Shown here piece by piece: positions 46,910-55,922 of a stretch of DNA of 64,000 nt. Location of the stretch: positions 1-64,000 of IMG/VR virus record IMGVR_UViG_3300044645_001738. The stretch is one strand, 5' to 3'. Below the pieces are notes generated by a model. The model saw only the letters and a program-made list of their open reading frames with translations, searched no databases and was not told where the DNA came from. Within the stretch, counting starts at the first letter, position 1; every line of letters begins with the position of its first letter. The translations under genes were made by a program, and so were the position numbers. Source of the DNA: a virus. Taxonomy: Duplodnaviria; Caudoviricetes.

Positions 46910-47221
46910 TCACTTAACCCTTACCTCAATCCTGGGCAGCAGGTTGGAAACACCGTGCCAAACAAATTGGATTCCTGTTACAATTCCACAAGAAATGAGG
47001 AATACAACCAGTAGTTCTGCAACGGTGAGGTTGCGCCGAACATACATCACCTGCGGCGGTTGCTGTTGAAAGCTTGCTTGCTGGGCCAAGGCTTGTTGGA
47101 TGGCTAGTTCTTTTGCCCTTGCTTTCATTGCTGCAAGATTTTCAGGGCTGATCTCATTCATGAAATAGTCCTGACCAGTGGGTTGACCCGGAAACTGACT
47201 AGGGGGAATTTGTTCTTCCAT
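46910..47221 (-). CDS. Hypothetical membrane protein
   Basis: RRNLTVAELLVVFLISCGIV TM segment. Confidence 0.6.
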   Translation of the reverse strand: MEEQIPPSQFPGQPTGQDYFMNEISPENLAAMKARAKELAIQQALAQQASFQQQPPQVMYVRRNLTVAELLVVFLISCGIVTGIQFVWHGVSNLLPRIEVRVK

Positions 47222-47272
47222 GATGCAAAACCTTTTCACACACACTAGCATCTATAGAGAGGATTTGTCGCT

Positions 47273-47698
47273 ATGAACTACGGCTTACGAAAAGGTTTGG
47301 AGGATATTGCCACCGAACTCAAGGGTATTCGCAACATCCTTTCGTCAATGTGGCACAGTCGTTACGGAGAAGATGAAACAAATATCTTGAATCCCCAGAT
47401 TTACGCAGATGAATACGTATCAACTGAGGAGTGTGCCAAGCGGTTGGGCGTATCCGATCAAACGATCAGAAATTGGATTTCTATTGGACGTAAGACTCCT
47501 GACAAGGGTTGGGTAGAAGGTGTTCACTACGTCAATATTTCGCCAGATCCCAATCGCAAAGCGGTTATTCGTATCCCATGGAACCAGATGATTCACGCAT
47601 TCTGCAAGAATCGCCAAAGTGATCTCTGGGATTTTATTGGCAACACCGGTGCACGGTCGACCAAATATAAAACAACTAACCCCGATCGTCTCGTATAA
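47273..47698 (+). CDS. HTH DNA-binding protein (excisionase/MerR-like)
   Basis: YVSTEECAKRLGVSDQTIRNWI...EGVHY. Confidence 0.75.
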   Translation: MNYGLRKGLEDIATELKGIRNILSSMWHSRYGEDETNILNPQIYADEYVSTEECAKRLGVSDQTIRNWISIGRKTPDKGWVEGVHYVNISPDPNRKAVIRIPWNQMIHAFCKNRQSDLWDFIGNTGARSTKYKTTNPDRLV

Positions 47699-48165
47699 TG
47701 CCGCACAGATTTCACGGGATTGAAACTGAGGTTGTAACCCTGGTCAATTACAGGGAAGTATTGCCAGCATCACTTGCGGATCAAGTGGAAATGTTCTTGC
47801 CACCCGAAGGATCTTTCGATGACGGGTGCCTGCAAAGATACCTGGAAAACTTAAAAAATTATGAAGAAGAGGATGCGAACTTTGGTATGACACTTGCCAA
47901 TCGTTTGCGTCTTGCGTTCCAGGACTTAACACCTGATACAATCTGCGGCAAATTCCCGCAAGCCGAATTGCCACTTAAACGACGGCTACGTTGTGTGGCA
48001 GAATATCTGATCCGTTCAGGAGAATTTGAAAAACTGAAGGACGATACTGGACGCCTCGTAAAAAAACGCGGTATCCTGGGCAAGATGGTTGTCTTGTACA
48101 AACCAACCAATAAACTACTGGAAGCATTAATCAAGCAGGGGTTGATCAAAAATGAGCCGTCGTGA
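47698..48165 (+). CDS. Hypothetical protein
   Basis: 155-aa ORF, coupled. Confidence 0.65.
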   Translation: MPHRFHGIETEVVTLVNYREVLPASLADQVEMFLPPEGSFDDGCLQRYLENLKNYEEEDANFGMTLANRLRLAFQDLTPDTICGKFPQAELPLKRRLRCVAEYLIRSGEFEKLKDDTGRLVKKRGILGKMVVLYKPTNKLLEALIKQGLIKNEPS

Positions 48166-48538
48166 AAAGTTGATCGCATCGGTGATCGGTCCTGAGCTTG
48201 ATCAAACGAAAGCCAAGATGCTTGATGCCACTATCAAGTTGATCCTTGGTGACATGGGGCAGCATTATTGCAAAATGTGGGAGCATGAAGGTCCAGGGGT
48301 GATGGTGTTTCAACCTGACAATTCCGACCGTTCGATGTTCTTCATGACGCTAAAGGAGATGCACTCAGCGCAAGAGGAGTGTGAACGCGGTAATGATGGG
48401 GATTTAGCTGAGACATTCAGGCGTATCCTCAGTGCTGCACAGAAAATTAATCCAACGGAAAAAGCTGGTTACATCATCAATGATGCAGCGGGCATGCGTT
48501 ACTTGGAAATCGACTACAACAAAGTATCGGAAGACTGA
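48152..48538 (+). CDS. Hypothetical protein
   Basis: 128-aa ORF, coupled. Confidence 0.65.
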   Translation: MSRREKLIASVIGPELDQTKAKMLDATIKLILGDMGQHYCKMWEHEGPGVMVFQPDNSDRSMFFMTLKEMHSAQEECERGNDGDLAETFRRILSAAQKINPTEKAGYIINDAAGMRYLEIDYNKVSED

Positions 48539-49125
48539 TGGCAATTGAAAACATCAAGGCTCACGCAGAAGATCGTGAGTTAATCACAAGTTCTGACCTG
48601 GTTTCAGCAGCGCACGCCCTGATGGAGGGTATTGATCTTGATGTTGCCAGCTCAGATTTTGCAAATGAATACGTCGATGCCAAGAAGTATTTCACTCCAT
48701 CTGACGATGGATTGAACTGCCAAACGTGGTACGGCAAGGTTTACGTCTTTCCTCCCAGTGGCGCATACTTCTGGGACAAGAAGAATGAACGCTGGAAGAT
48801 GACACGGTCTTCTTCTCCAACTTTGACATCGTCACATGCGGTGTGGTTCCGAAAGCTGTACCGCAGCTGGTTAGCAAGAGAAGTAAGTCAGGGCTTGTAC
48901 TTTACCAACTGCCCGGACATGATTCGTTACGAGTTTAAGATCTTTGATTTTCCCATCTGCATCTTGCGGACGCCACCAACGTTAACAGTTCGCAAGAGCA
49001 CAGGTGTTGGCGTGCATAAAACGTGCACCTCACTATTGGTGTACCTGCCTCCCATGGAAGATACGGGGAAAGCAATCGAACGTTTTAAGGATATTTACGA
49101 ACCAAGGGGGCACATTCTCTGTTAA
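48538..49125 (+). CDS. Phage DNA N6-adenine methyltransferase-like protein
   Basis: IDLDVASS..AN, DDGL.. W.GKVYVFPP (NPPY position altered). Confidence 0.65.
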   Translation: MAIENIKAHAEDRELITSSDLVSAAHALMEGIDLDVASSDFANEYVDAKKYFTPSDDGLNCQTWYGKVYVFPPSGAYFWDKKNERWKMTRSSSPTLTSSHAVWFRKLYRSWLAREVSQGLYFTNCPDMIRYEFKIFDFPICILRTPPTLTVRKSTGVGVHKTCTSLLVYLPPMEDTGKAIERFKDIYEPRGHILC

Positions 49126-49157
49126 TTTCTCTAGAGTGAAAAGGATTAAAAGGAATT

Positions 49158-49745
49158 ATGAGCATCCTTGCCGACTGGGAAATTCGTGAGCAGGCCCTTG
49201 AACATGGGATGATTGATCCATTTGTGGATCATTTGGTAAGCAAGGAGAATGGACGGAAACTTCTCAGTTACGGCCTCAGTTCGTACGGATATGACATTCG
49301 CTTATCACCTAGTCAGTGCCTGATTTTTGGCCGTGTACAAGCCGGGGATTGTGACCCCAAGAATTTTGATCCCGATATTTTGAAGCCAGCGGATCTGCGG
49401 GAAGACGAACGTGGCCAATACTTCTTGCTGCCGCCGTACGGCTATTGCCTTGGCGTAGCGCATGAACGTCTGAGGCTCCCTAGCAACATTAGTGTTGTAG
49501 CTGTTGGTAAATCTACATATGCGCGGTCAGGGATTATGGTAAACATCACGCCTGCCGAAGCAGGATGGGAGGGTTACCTTACGCTTGAAATCAGTAACTG
49601 CACTGGTTTGTTCAATCGCATTTATGCGAACGAGGGAATTACTCAGCTGTTGTTCCACACTGGTAGCCATTGTGAAGTTACTTACCAGGACCGGAAAGGT
49701 AAGTATCAAGACCAACCAAAGAACGTTGTGTTCTCCCAGGTTTAG
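49158..49745 (+). CDS. dcd: dCTP deaminase
   Basis: SYGLSSYGYDIRL, GKSTYARSG, TPAEAGWEGYLTLE, YANEGI.Q, GKYQ.Q. Confidence 0.96.
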   Translation: MSILADWEIREQALEHGMIDPFVDHLVSKENGRKLLSYGLSSYGYDIRLSPSQCLIFGRVQAGDCDPKNFDPDILKPADLREDERGQYFLLPPYGYCLGVAHERLRLPSNISVVAVGKSTYARSGIMVNITPAEAGWEGYLTLEISNCTGLFNRIYANEGITQLLFHTGSHCEVTYQDRKGKYQDQPKNVVFSQV

Positions 49746-50113
49746 TATTGCTTACCAAAGCTTGATCCAGGTTTACGGGCGTAGCCGGTACTTCCGGCTC
49801 GTCCGATTGTGTCCCCCATACTTGGCAGTGCAACACCGTCCATTGTTGCTTCTGTTCTTGGGGTTTTACCTCGGATGGTCGGTTCAGCAATACCTGCTCT
49901 TTGTCGGTATGCCCCAGCGGTTTTGGCTGCCCTAAAGAACTTACCAACGCGGTCTTGATTATCGTTTAACGATTCAACAGCTTGTCTTTCTTCTGATGGG
50001 AAACGACGTAAATCTGTATCGTACGCCTGTTCAGGATTAAGGTCAGTAACCTCAGCCCCTGACGTACCAGCGTCAGCCGTTGGATCGTAATTGGGGTCAA
50101 AGAATTTTGCCAT
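49742..50113 (-). CDS. Hypothetical protein
   Basis: From MAKFFDPNYD. Confidence 0.6.
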   Translation of the reverse strand: MAKFFDPNYDPTADAGTSGAEVTDLNPEQAYDTDLRRFPSEERQAVESLNDNQDRVGKFFRAAKTAGAYRQRAGIAEPTIRGKTPRTEATMDGVALPSMGDTIGRAGSTGYARKPGSSFGKQY

Positions 50114-50154
50114 AGTATCATTGTAGAAGCAATAAATCAACCAGGGTATTCGCC

Positions 50155-50496
50155 ATGCATGGCGTCGCAGGTTTCTTAGATAGCTTCATTCAAGACGAAG
50201 TAAAGTGCCGCTGCCTCAGCGAAGAAGATTTTGGTGCACCGCTCGACAATGAAGCGAATGATGTACCATTAATGGATATGTACAACCGAGGCTTGGTCGC
50301 ATGTCAACAGGGGCGGGAAAGGAATCCACTGAATCTCGAGGGGCAACGGCCTGGAACGACGGGGTATATTCCGTCAATGGAGGAGGGTCTGCAGATGGGG
50401 GCATCACCCAAGCCCAGGGCGTTAGTGCTGGACCTGGAGGGGCCCAGCGAGGAGATGCTGGAGCAGTCACGCAAGCGTCGTGGTTTGAGCCGGTAA
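50155..50496 (+). CDS. Hypothetical protein
   Basis: 113-aa ATG ORF. Confidence 0.5.
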   Translation: MHGVAGFLDSFIQDEVKCRCLSEEDFGAPLDNEANDVPLMDMYNRGLVACQQGRERNPLNLEGQRPGTTGYIPSMEEGLQMGASPKPRALVLDLEGPSEEMLEQSRKRRGLSR

Positions 50497-50786
50497 CAGA
50501 CGATTCTGGCTGCAAGGACGGCATTTGTCCTGTGCCCTGGCTAACGAAAGAAAAGGCATCGGTGCTCCAGGAGGATGTGGTTAATCATCCTTCTCACTAC
50601 GGCGGCATTGAGTGCATTGAAGCCATTGAGACAGCTTTAACCACCGAAGAATTCCGTGGTTTCTGCAAGGCCAACTGCATGAAGTATATCTGGCGTGAGA
50701 AGCATAAAGGCGGGACAGAATCACTGAAGAAGGCACAGTGGTACCTCAACCGCCTTATTGATTTGGACGAAGCTCAAAACGGTTGA
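50301..50786 (+). CDS. DUF3310 (SaV-like) protein; start uncertain
   Basis: VNHPSHY..IECIEAI...GFCKAN.MKYIWR..HKGG.ESLKKAQWYL. Confidence 0.8.
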   Translation: MSTGAGKESTESRGATAWNDGVYSVNGGGSADGGITQAQGVSAGPGGAQRGDAGAVTQASWFEPVTDDSGCKDGICPVPWLTKEKASVLQEDVVNHPSHYGGIECIEAIETALTTEEFRGFCKANCMKYIWREKHKGGTESLKKAQWYLNRLIDLDEAQNG

Positions 50787-51079
50787 AGCTCATCTTCGTC
50801 TTCGTCATCCTCGTCGTCGCCAATACAAGCGGCGGCGAGTTCTGCTAATTCCAAGTCGGTGGGAATGTCGAAGTCAATCGAGATGTTTTCTGCTGCGAGG
50901 ATATCTTTGATGGCATACCACTCCATCAGCCGCTGGTGGTAGAGGTTCAGAAGTGCGTACAGCAATTCATCCCATGTCATCTCTTGCGCTGCAAGTTCTG
51001 CCTTGCGCATGGAGAACTGCAATTCCAACGGGAGTTCAAATTCCCTGGGCTCGACTGATCTCTCCATTCCAGCCTTCAT
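50774..51079 (-). CDS. nblA: NblA-like phycobilisome degradation protein with acidic tail
   Basis: ELPLELQFSMRKAELAAQEMTWDELLYALLNLYHQRLM aligns by eye with NblA LSLEQQF.IR....V..MS..Q....L..LY.QM. Confidence 0.65.
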   Translation of the reverse strand: MKAGMERSVEPREFELPLELQFSMRKAELAAQEMTWDELLYALLNLYHQRLMEWYAIKDILAAENISIDFDIPTDLELAELAAACIGDDEDDEDEDELQPF

Positions 51080-51103
51080 TTGCGTGTTGCAATTATTCTA
51101 ATG

Positions 51104-51763
51104 CTAGCTGGCGGACAGAAGATCTGCTTCTTGGTCGTTAAAATCAAACCAAGGGTTTTCATCAATCCGGAAGTTGTTTCCAAACTCTGCCAGGATGTAT
51201 GGACTCATGAGTTCTTCCAAGCGTCGCACTGCTTTCACCTGATGAGGTGCTGCGGTGTAATTGCGGAATGCTGTCAACAATACTTCGGTAGAGGCCCAGG
51301 GATTTGCATCAACTCCTTGGAGGAACAGGTTGATTTCTTCTCGGCGTCGATCCAGGAGATTACCAACGACTTGATGATCAGCATTGAAGATCCACCGGCC
51401 CATTTCTCGCGTGGCACCGCAGTAATCTTCGTGTTCAATGCAATCGATAATGGCGCTGTAAAGGAAGGGTTCCCAGCCGATGGAGTGAATGAAAGAAATC
51501 AAGGCTTGACGCATGCCGTCATCAAGGCCCAGGTTTTGCTTTAGCAGCTGGGTGTCAATGATATTTGTTTCGTGGAATAACAGCTCCAGTGCTTTTTGTG
51601 GACTGCAACGTTGACCACGTTTGACAGGAGAGCCGTCAGGGTAAAACTGTGTGCCGTAACCAATGGTGTACGGATCTTTCCCTGTGTGAGGATCTGCGAA
51701 AGCTTGTTCGTTAAAACCTTCGTATTTCCTGATCAGATTAAGCGCAGCGGAAAGATCCGACAT
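51104..51763 (-). CDS. Lysozyme (GH24 phage muramidase)
   Basis: LIRKYEGF...ADP...YTIGYG, ALISFI.SIG, L..RRREE..LF. Confidence 0.88.
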   Translation of the reverse strand: MSDLSAALNLIRKYEGFNEQAFADPHTGKDPYTIGYGTQFYPDGSPVKRGQRCSPQKALELLFHETNIIDTQLLKQNLGLDDGMRQALISFIHSIGWEPFLYSAIIDCIEHEDYCGATREMGRWIFNADHQVVGNLLDRRREEINLFLQGVDANPWASTEVLLTAFRNYTAAPHQVKAVRRLEELMSPYILAEFGNNFRIDENPWFDFNDQEADLLSAS

Positions 51764-51798
51764 AGGAGTAACATTAGTTACTCCCAATCATACACAAT

Positions 51799-51924
51799 TT
51801 ACTTACCTTGGCCGCGTGTTTGTTTGCGTCCGTGATTAGGAAGTGAGTGTTGCCCTTGTCCTTGACGAGTCTTTTTAGGGCGGGATTCAATCTTGACGAC
51901 TGAGCTGGACTTGGGTTTGGCCAT
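51799..51924 (-). CDS. Small basic protein (41 aa)
   Basis: MAKPKSSS...PKKTRQGQGQHS...RGQGK*, read by hand. Confidence 0.6.
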   Translation of the reverse strand: MAKPKSSSVVKIESRPKKTRQGQGQHSLPNHGRKQTRGQGK

Positions 51925-51942
51925 GGGAAACCAATGTGGTGC

Positions 51943-52242
51943 TCACCATTTTACACGGTGGCTCCAGTAGCGTGCTGACATTTTGTCGGGACTTGAATCT
52001 TGCGCATTGTGACGTGCGTAATAAGACCTGCGACGGGCCTTGTCTTTTTCTGAAGTTGGGTTTTTACCTGCGCCTTCAACTCCTTGCTGTCCAAACCTGA
52101 TAATTTTTTCTTCACCGTCTTTACATGCTTTTACAACATGCGATTTTGTGGCATGACCTGGAGTGCGCTGCGGTTTGTTGCAGGCCATCTTATCTTTTGC
52201 CAACTTGGCAGCACCAGCGGCTTTCTTACGTTTGTCAGACAT
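51943..52242 (-). CDS. Small basic phage protein
   Basis: KIIRFGQQG...RRRSYYARH...SARYWS..KW. Confidence 0.75.
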   Translation of the reverse strand: MSDKRKKAAGAAKLAKDKMACNKPQRTPGHATKSHVVKACKDGEEKIIRFGQQGVEGAGKNPTSEKDKARRRSYYARHNAQDSSPDKMSARYWSHRVKW

Positions 52243-54959
52243 CAGAATCCTTTAAACATTGATGTAAATTCACCCAAGATTTGGCTACCTGTCTTTGATT
52301 TGTAGCTTGTTTCTTCATCATCCAATCCTAAGTTAAAGATACTTTTTTCTTTGGTGGTTGTCTCATCTGTTGTATCGGTGTCCTCATCACCAAAGAAACC
52401 TTGGATAGTACCAAGGGATGCGAATGGATCACTTAAGTCAAGTCCTTTTAACTGAAGGGCGCTGCCTGCGCCCGCCTTGGTGAGAAGCTGCTGCTCACTT
52501 CGGTCCGTATCGGGGAACAAATCAGTGTAAAACTCATCTTCTGTTCCCTTGTAACCAGCTTGTTGAAAGACTCTGTACATTTCTGTTTCTGATTTGATCG
52601 AGTCTGTCTTGTAATCTTCGGGCCTTTCAATGTAATCAACACCTAAAACTTTTTGAGTAGGCTTCTCACCTTTTTCATTCAGGTATTTGATCTGCTCTCT
52701 GATTTGTTGTGCGGAACCCGTGCGTAATGTCTCTGCAACTAAGTCTTTAAATTCACCCAGGTTCCCCTGAAAATCTTTAAGACCAACGGCGTCTAGCGCT
52801 TTTTGCCAAGTAGCTTTATCCGTTGGGTCCAGGCCCTTTAACATTTCGTCGGCAAACTCTTCTGGCGTAATGAATTGACCAAAAATTGTTCCTTGTTTTA
52901 ATGCTTCCTGCTTAAGAGACGGCAAGATTTTGTTGTAAATTTCATCTTGAACTCTTCCTGCCGTTAATATGTCTTCCGCCGGATCGTAGCCTAAGCCTTT
53001 CCCCTTGACCTGGAAGTGCATTCGCGCAAATTGTTCTTTGTTATTTGGATCAATACCAAAGCGATAAGCCTGGCTTGCCCAGTATTCATCACCGGCTTTT
53101 GCCTTTTCCCAATCATCTGCTACTGCCTGAGACTGTTGAGAGTAAGCATCAGTCCTGGCCTTGTCTCCAGTGGGATTGAAATAAAAGTCGGCATTAAAAT
53201 AACGGTCGGGAGTATTTTGAACTTGAGCTAAAAACTGATCGGCACGCAAGTTGGCAACCTGACTAACAGCGTTCAGCATGTCCTGCGTTTGGAACGGGTT
53301 TTGCTCTTGTTGCCGAACATCAAGGTACTCCGTGAATTCACTGATTGAACGAGAGGTGTTAAAACGTGGGATCAAATACTTGTCCATAAAATCTCTCGCA
53401 AACTGCGCTTCAACTTTTATGGTGTCTTTTGCCGTCTCGGTGCTGTAACCAAGTTCAACTTCTTGTTCGTACTTCTTCTTTAGCTCCGTATCAAACCATT
53501 GTTGCCAGTTGTAGGTGGTGCTGTTGTTGACACCTGTTATGTTTTGAAGGCTTTTCTCCAGGGAATCCTGGGACGCTTTGCCTGATGTAAAAGAAAGAAT
53601 ACCACCAACCCCAGAATCACCAAGGATGCTGTTACTGAGTTCTTTGTTGATGTCCATGATTTCTCCAAAGCCGGAGAAGCCTTGCATAAGGCCAAGCATT
53701 TGTTCTTTTCCCTTGGCCTTCTTCATTTGCTCAATGGTGTCCTTTAACACATTTTGAGTTAACGCACCAAATTTTTTTGCGTCTACTGTTGCCTTTTCAC
53801 CAACCGCTTGGTTTACTGCATCTTCTAATTCCGTGACGCCATACCCAGCATTCAAGTTGTAAGCAAAACTTACTTGTTTGTCTTCTGGTCGTTGGGACAA
53901 ACGGAACAGTGCGGCAAATTCATCAGGTTTCTCTGGGTTTAAGAACTTCTCTTTGCCCAGTGTTTTCCAGTATTGATCACCTGCTTTTGCTTTATCCCAT
54001 TCAGCAGAAACCTCAGGTACTGCCAAGAGGCGTTCAGTTTGTGTGTCAGTATTAAGGCCTAGCTGGAGGCTACGGGCAGCCTGAATGTCGGCATCGGTTG
54101 GCTTGCGTTCCAGGTATTGGTTTGCTGCTGTTGTTTGTTCTGCGGCATTACCTCGCTTCCCAGCTGCTTTCCCTTGGGATGTGTAGTGTTGAAGGTAATA
54201 CGAGTTTTCAGAATACCTTTGGGTGATGTCAATATCATCATTAGCAACTGCGGCTTGCCACTTTTGCCCTACATCTGGATTGATTGATTTGTAGTACTTT
54301 GGATCAAAGTCGCCGTACTGCGGTTTTGCTCCCAGGTTTGCATCCCAGGTTTGTAGCTTTTCAGTTGAATAAAAAGCTTTGAAGTAATCCTCTAATTGTG
54401 ATTTAGTTACATCACTGATACCCTGAAGCCTTCTGATCTGCTCCCTTTGCGTAACATAGTCTCCTCCTTGCGTTGAATTAGCTGTTGCAAGGACGGTGTT
54501 ATAGGCGTTGTTTTTGCTTGTGTTCTCAGTGTTTAAAGTTGTATTCTCTTGGTTTCTTTGGGTGTTTAAGTTGTTTGTTTGTTCATTATTTCTGTAAGTC
54601 GTTGCTGTACTTGCAGCTTTATCGCGCAATGCTTGAGTTGCTGACAAATAAGTAAGACTGTCTAGTCCTCCAAACCTTGAGCTAATTGCTTGTCTAACGC
54701 TTTCATCACTAACGTTGTCCCTTGGTACCGACCCTACGCTAATCCAGTCTTTTCCGGGTGATGAAGATTGTGCCGCTGTGTCGGTTACGACGGGATCGAA
54801 AAAATTTTGTCCTTTGAAAACACGCACACGCTTTTCAGTTTTTACCCAAAGATTTACCGTGCCTGAGTTCTCTAGATTAGTTGGAAAATTAGTTTGGTAG
54901 TCTGTTTTCTCCTGTGCCAGATTCCACTTTTTATTTGTTGGATCGTAAGTTAATGCCAT
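52242..54959 (-). CDS. Large putative virion/internal protein (905 aa)
   Basis: Long ORF in late cluster; internal repeat (FDPKYY..NP / WDKAKAGD.YW / HY...GK..G). Confidence 0.75.
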   Translation of the reverse strand: MALTYDPTNKKWNLAQEKTDYQTNFPTNLENSGTVNLWVKTEKRVRVFKGQNFFDPVVTDTAAQSSSPGKDWISVGSVPRDNVSDESVRQAISSRFGGLDSLTYLSATQALRDKAASTATTYRNNEQTNNLNTQRNQENTTLNTENTSKNNAYNTVLATANSTQGGDYVTQREQIRRLQGISDVTKSQLEDYFKAFYSTEKLQTWDANLGAKPQYGDFDPKYYKSINPDVGQKWQAAVANDDIDITQRYSENSYYLQHYTSQGKAAGKRGNAAEQTTAANQYLERKPTDADIQAARSLQLGLNTDTQTERLLAVPEVSAEWDKAKAGDQYWKTLGKEKFLNPEKPDEFAALFRLSQRPEDKQVSFAYNLNAGYGVTELEDAVNQAVGEKATVDAKKFGALTQNVLKDTIEQMKKAKGKEQMLGLMQGFSGFGEIMDINKELSNSILGDSGVGGILSFTSGKASQDSLEKSLQNITGVNNSTTYNWQQWFDTELKKKYEQEVELGYSTETAKDTIKVEAQFARDFMDKYLIPRFNTSRSISEFTEYLDVRQQEQNPFQTQDMLNAVSQVANLRADQFLAQVQNTPDRYFNADFYFNPTGDKARTDAYSQQSQAVADDWEKAKAGDEYWASQAYRFGIDPNNKEQFARMHFQVKGKGLGYDPAEDILTAGRVQDEIYNKILPSLKQEALKQGTIFGQFITPEEFADEMLKGLDPTDKATWQKALDAVGLKDFQGNLGEFKDLVAETLRTGSAQQIREQIKYLNEKGEKPTQKVLGVDYIERPEDYKTDSIKSETEMYRVFQQAGYKGTEDEFYTDLFPDTDRSEQQLLTKAGAGSALQLKGLDLSDPFASLGTIQGFFGDEDTDTTDETTTKEKSIFNLGLDDEETSYKSKTGSQILGEFTSMFKGF

Positions 54960-55330
54960 TATCCAGCAGCAAATGTATCTGGTACCGTCTCAATATTATA
55001 AGTAAACAGGTCGATAATTTCTTGGTGTATCCAGGCCTCAATCCTGTTCATCCTTACTTCGGTGTAGTACGTCTGTTGTGGATACCATTCTTCCATTTTT
55101 GAACTAGCCTTGTTTGCATTACATCTTTTGCAGCAAGGCAGAAGGTTGTTCCGATTGCTGGAACCAGAACGAAACCTTGGGACAATGTGATCCAGGGATG
55201 TAGCTTGTTCTTCGCAATAACCACACTTGTGGTCCCACGCATCGTATATGGATTGACGGTAACGTTTCTTGGCCAATTTAGGAGTTAATTCAAGGAGAAG
55301 GGAAAGGGGTTCCTGCTCACAGTTGAACAT
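54959..55330 (-). CDS. HNH endonuclease
   Basis: CGYC...SLDHIVPR..G....NLLPCCKRCNANK. Confidence 0.9.
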   Translation of the reverse strand: MFNCEQEPLSLLLELTPKLAKKRYRQSIYDAWDHKCGYCEEQATSLDHIVPRFRSGSSNRNNLLPCCKRCNANKASSKMEEWYPQQTYYTEVRMNRIEAWIHQEIIDLFTYNIETVPDTFAAG

Positions 55331-55465
55331 GCTCTTCGGTTGCCGTTAACTTATTCTAATTTCAGGACATGTAGACCAATGTAAACAAAGGGATGAAATC
55401 TTGCTTAAATCCATTGACGATCTGCCTGAGACCCATAACGTACAGAGGCAAGCACATGCCTTTTT

Positions 55466-55684
55466 ATGGCTAAGCATCCAGGTTGGGTCACGGTCCAACA
55501 AGCCGAAGAACTTCTCGGCATTGATAAAAAGACTCTCTTCAAGTACCGCGATGACGGCACACTGAAGCTTGGCCCTCACTACGCTGCCTTTCCTGATACA
55601 CGTTCACGCGACACCTATCGCTGGAACGTAGCAGCAGTACGTAAGCACCTTCGCAAACTGGAGGCTGCTGCTACGGCAGCTTAA
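55466..55684 (+). CDS. HTH DNA-binding protein (excisionase-like)
   Basis: WVTVQQAEELLGIDKKTLFKYR..G.LKLGPHY. Confidence 0.75.
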   Translation: MAKHPGWVTVQQAEELLGIDKKTLFKYRDDGTLKLGPHYAAFPDTRSRDTYRWNVAAVRKHLRKLEAAATAA

Positions 55685-55688
55685 GGCA

Positions 55689-55922
55689 TCAGTCTTCGGG
55701 CAGTATGCCTTCTGCGTATGCTGCCCAAGCAAGACCAAGTGATTCCATGGAGGATAGTTCATTTGCCTCGTAGGGCAAGTTGACTACATCTCCAGTTTTG
55801 TAAACAGTAGGAGATCCGTCGTAATAAACGGAGCTGAATCCATATTGACGGCGTGTGAGTTGTTCTTCACTTGGAGCTTTAGTGGAGTCAACAACATCGC
55901 CAAAGCCTGGTGTGTTGGTCAT
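55689..55922 (-). CDS. Hypothetical protein
   Basis: 77-aa ORF coupled to upstream GT. Confidence 0.6.
   Translation of the reverse strand: MTNTPGFGDVVDSTKAPSEEQLTRRQYGFSSVYYDGSPTVYKTGDVVNLPYEANELSSMESLGLAWAAYAEGILPED

Noticed and set aside
50155-50786. ~196-nt dual-frame overlap between 50155..50496 and the DUF3310 ORF
   Set aside because: The DUF3310 gene may start at a downstream GTG; its overlapping N-terminus looks like shadow sequence.
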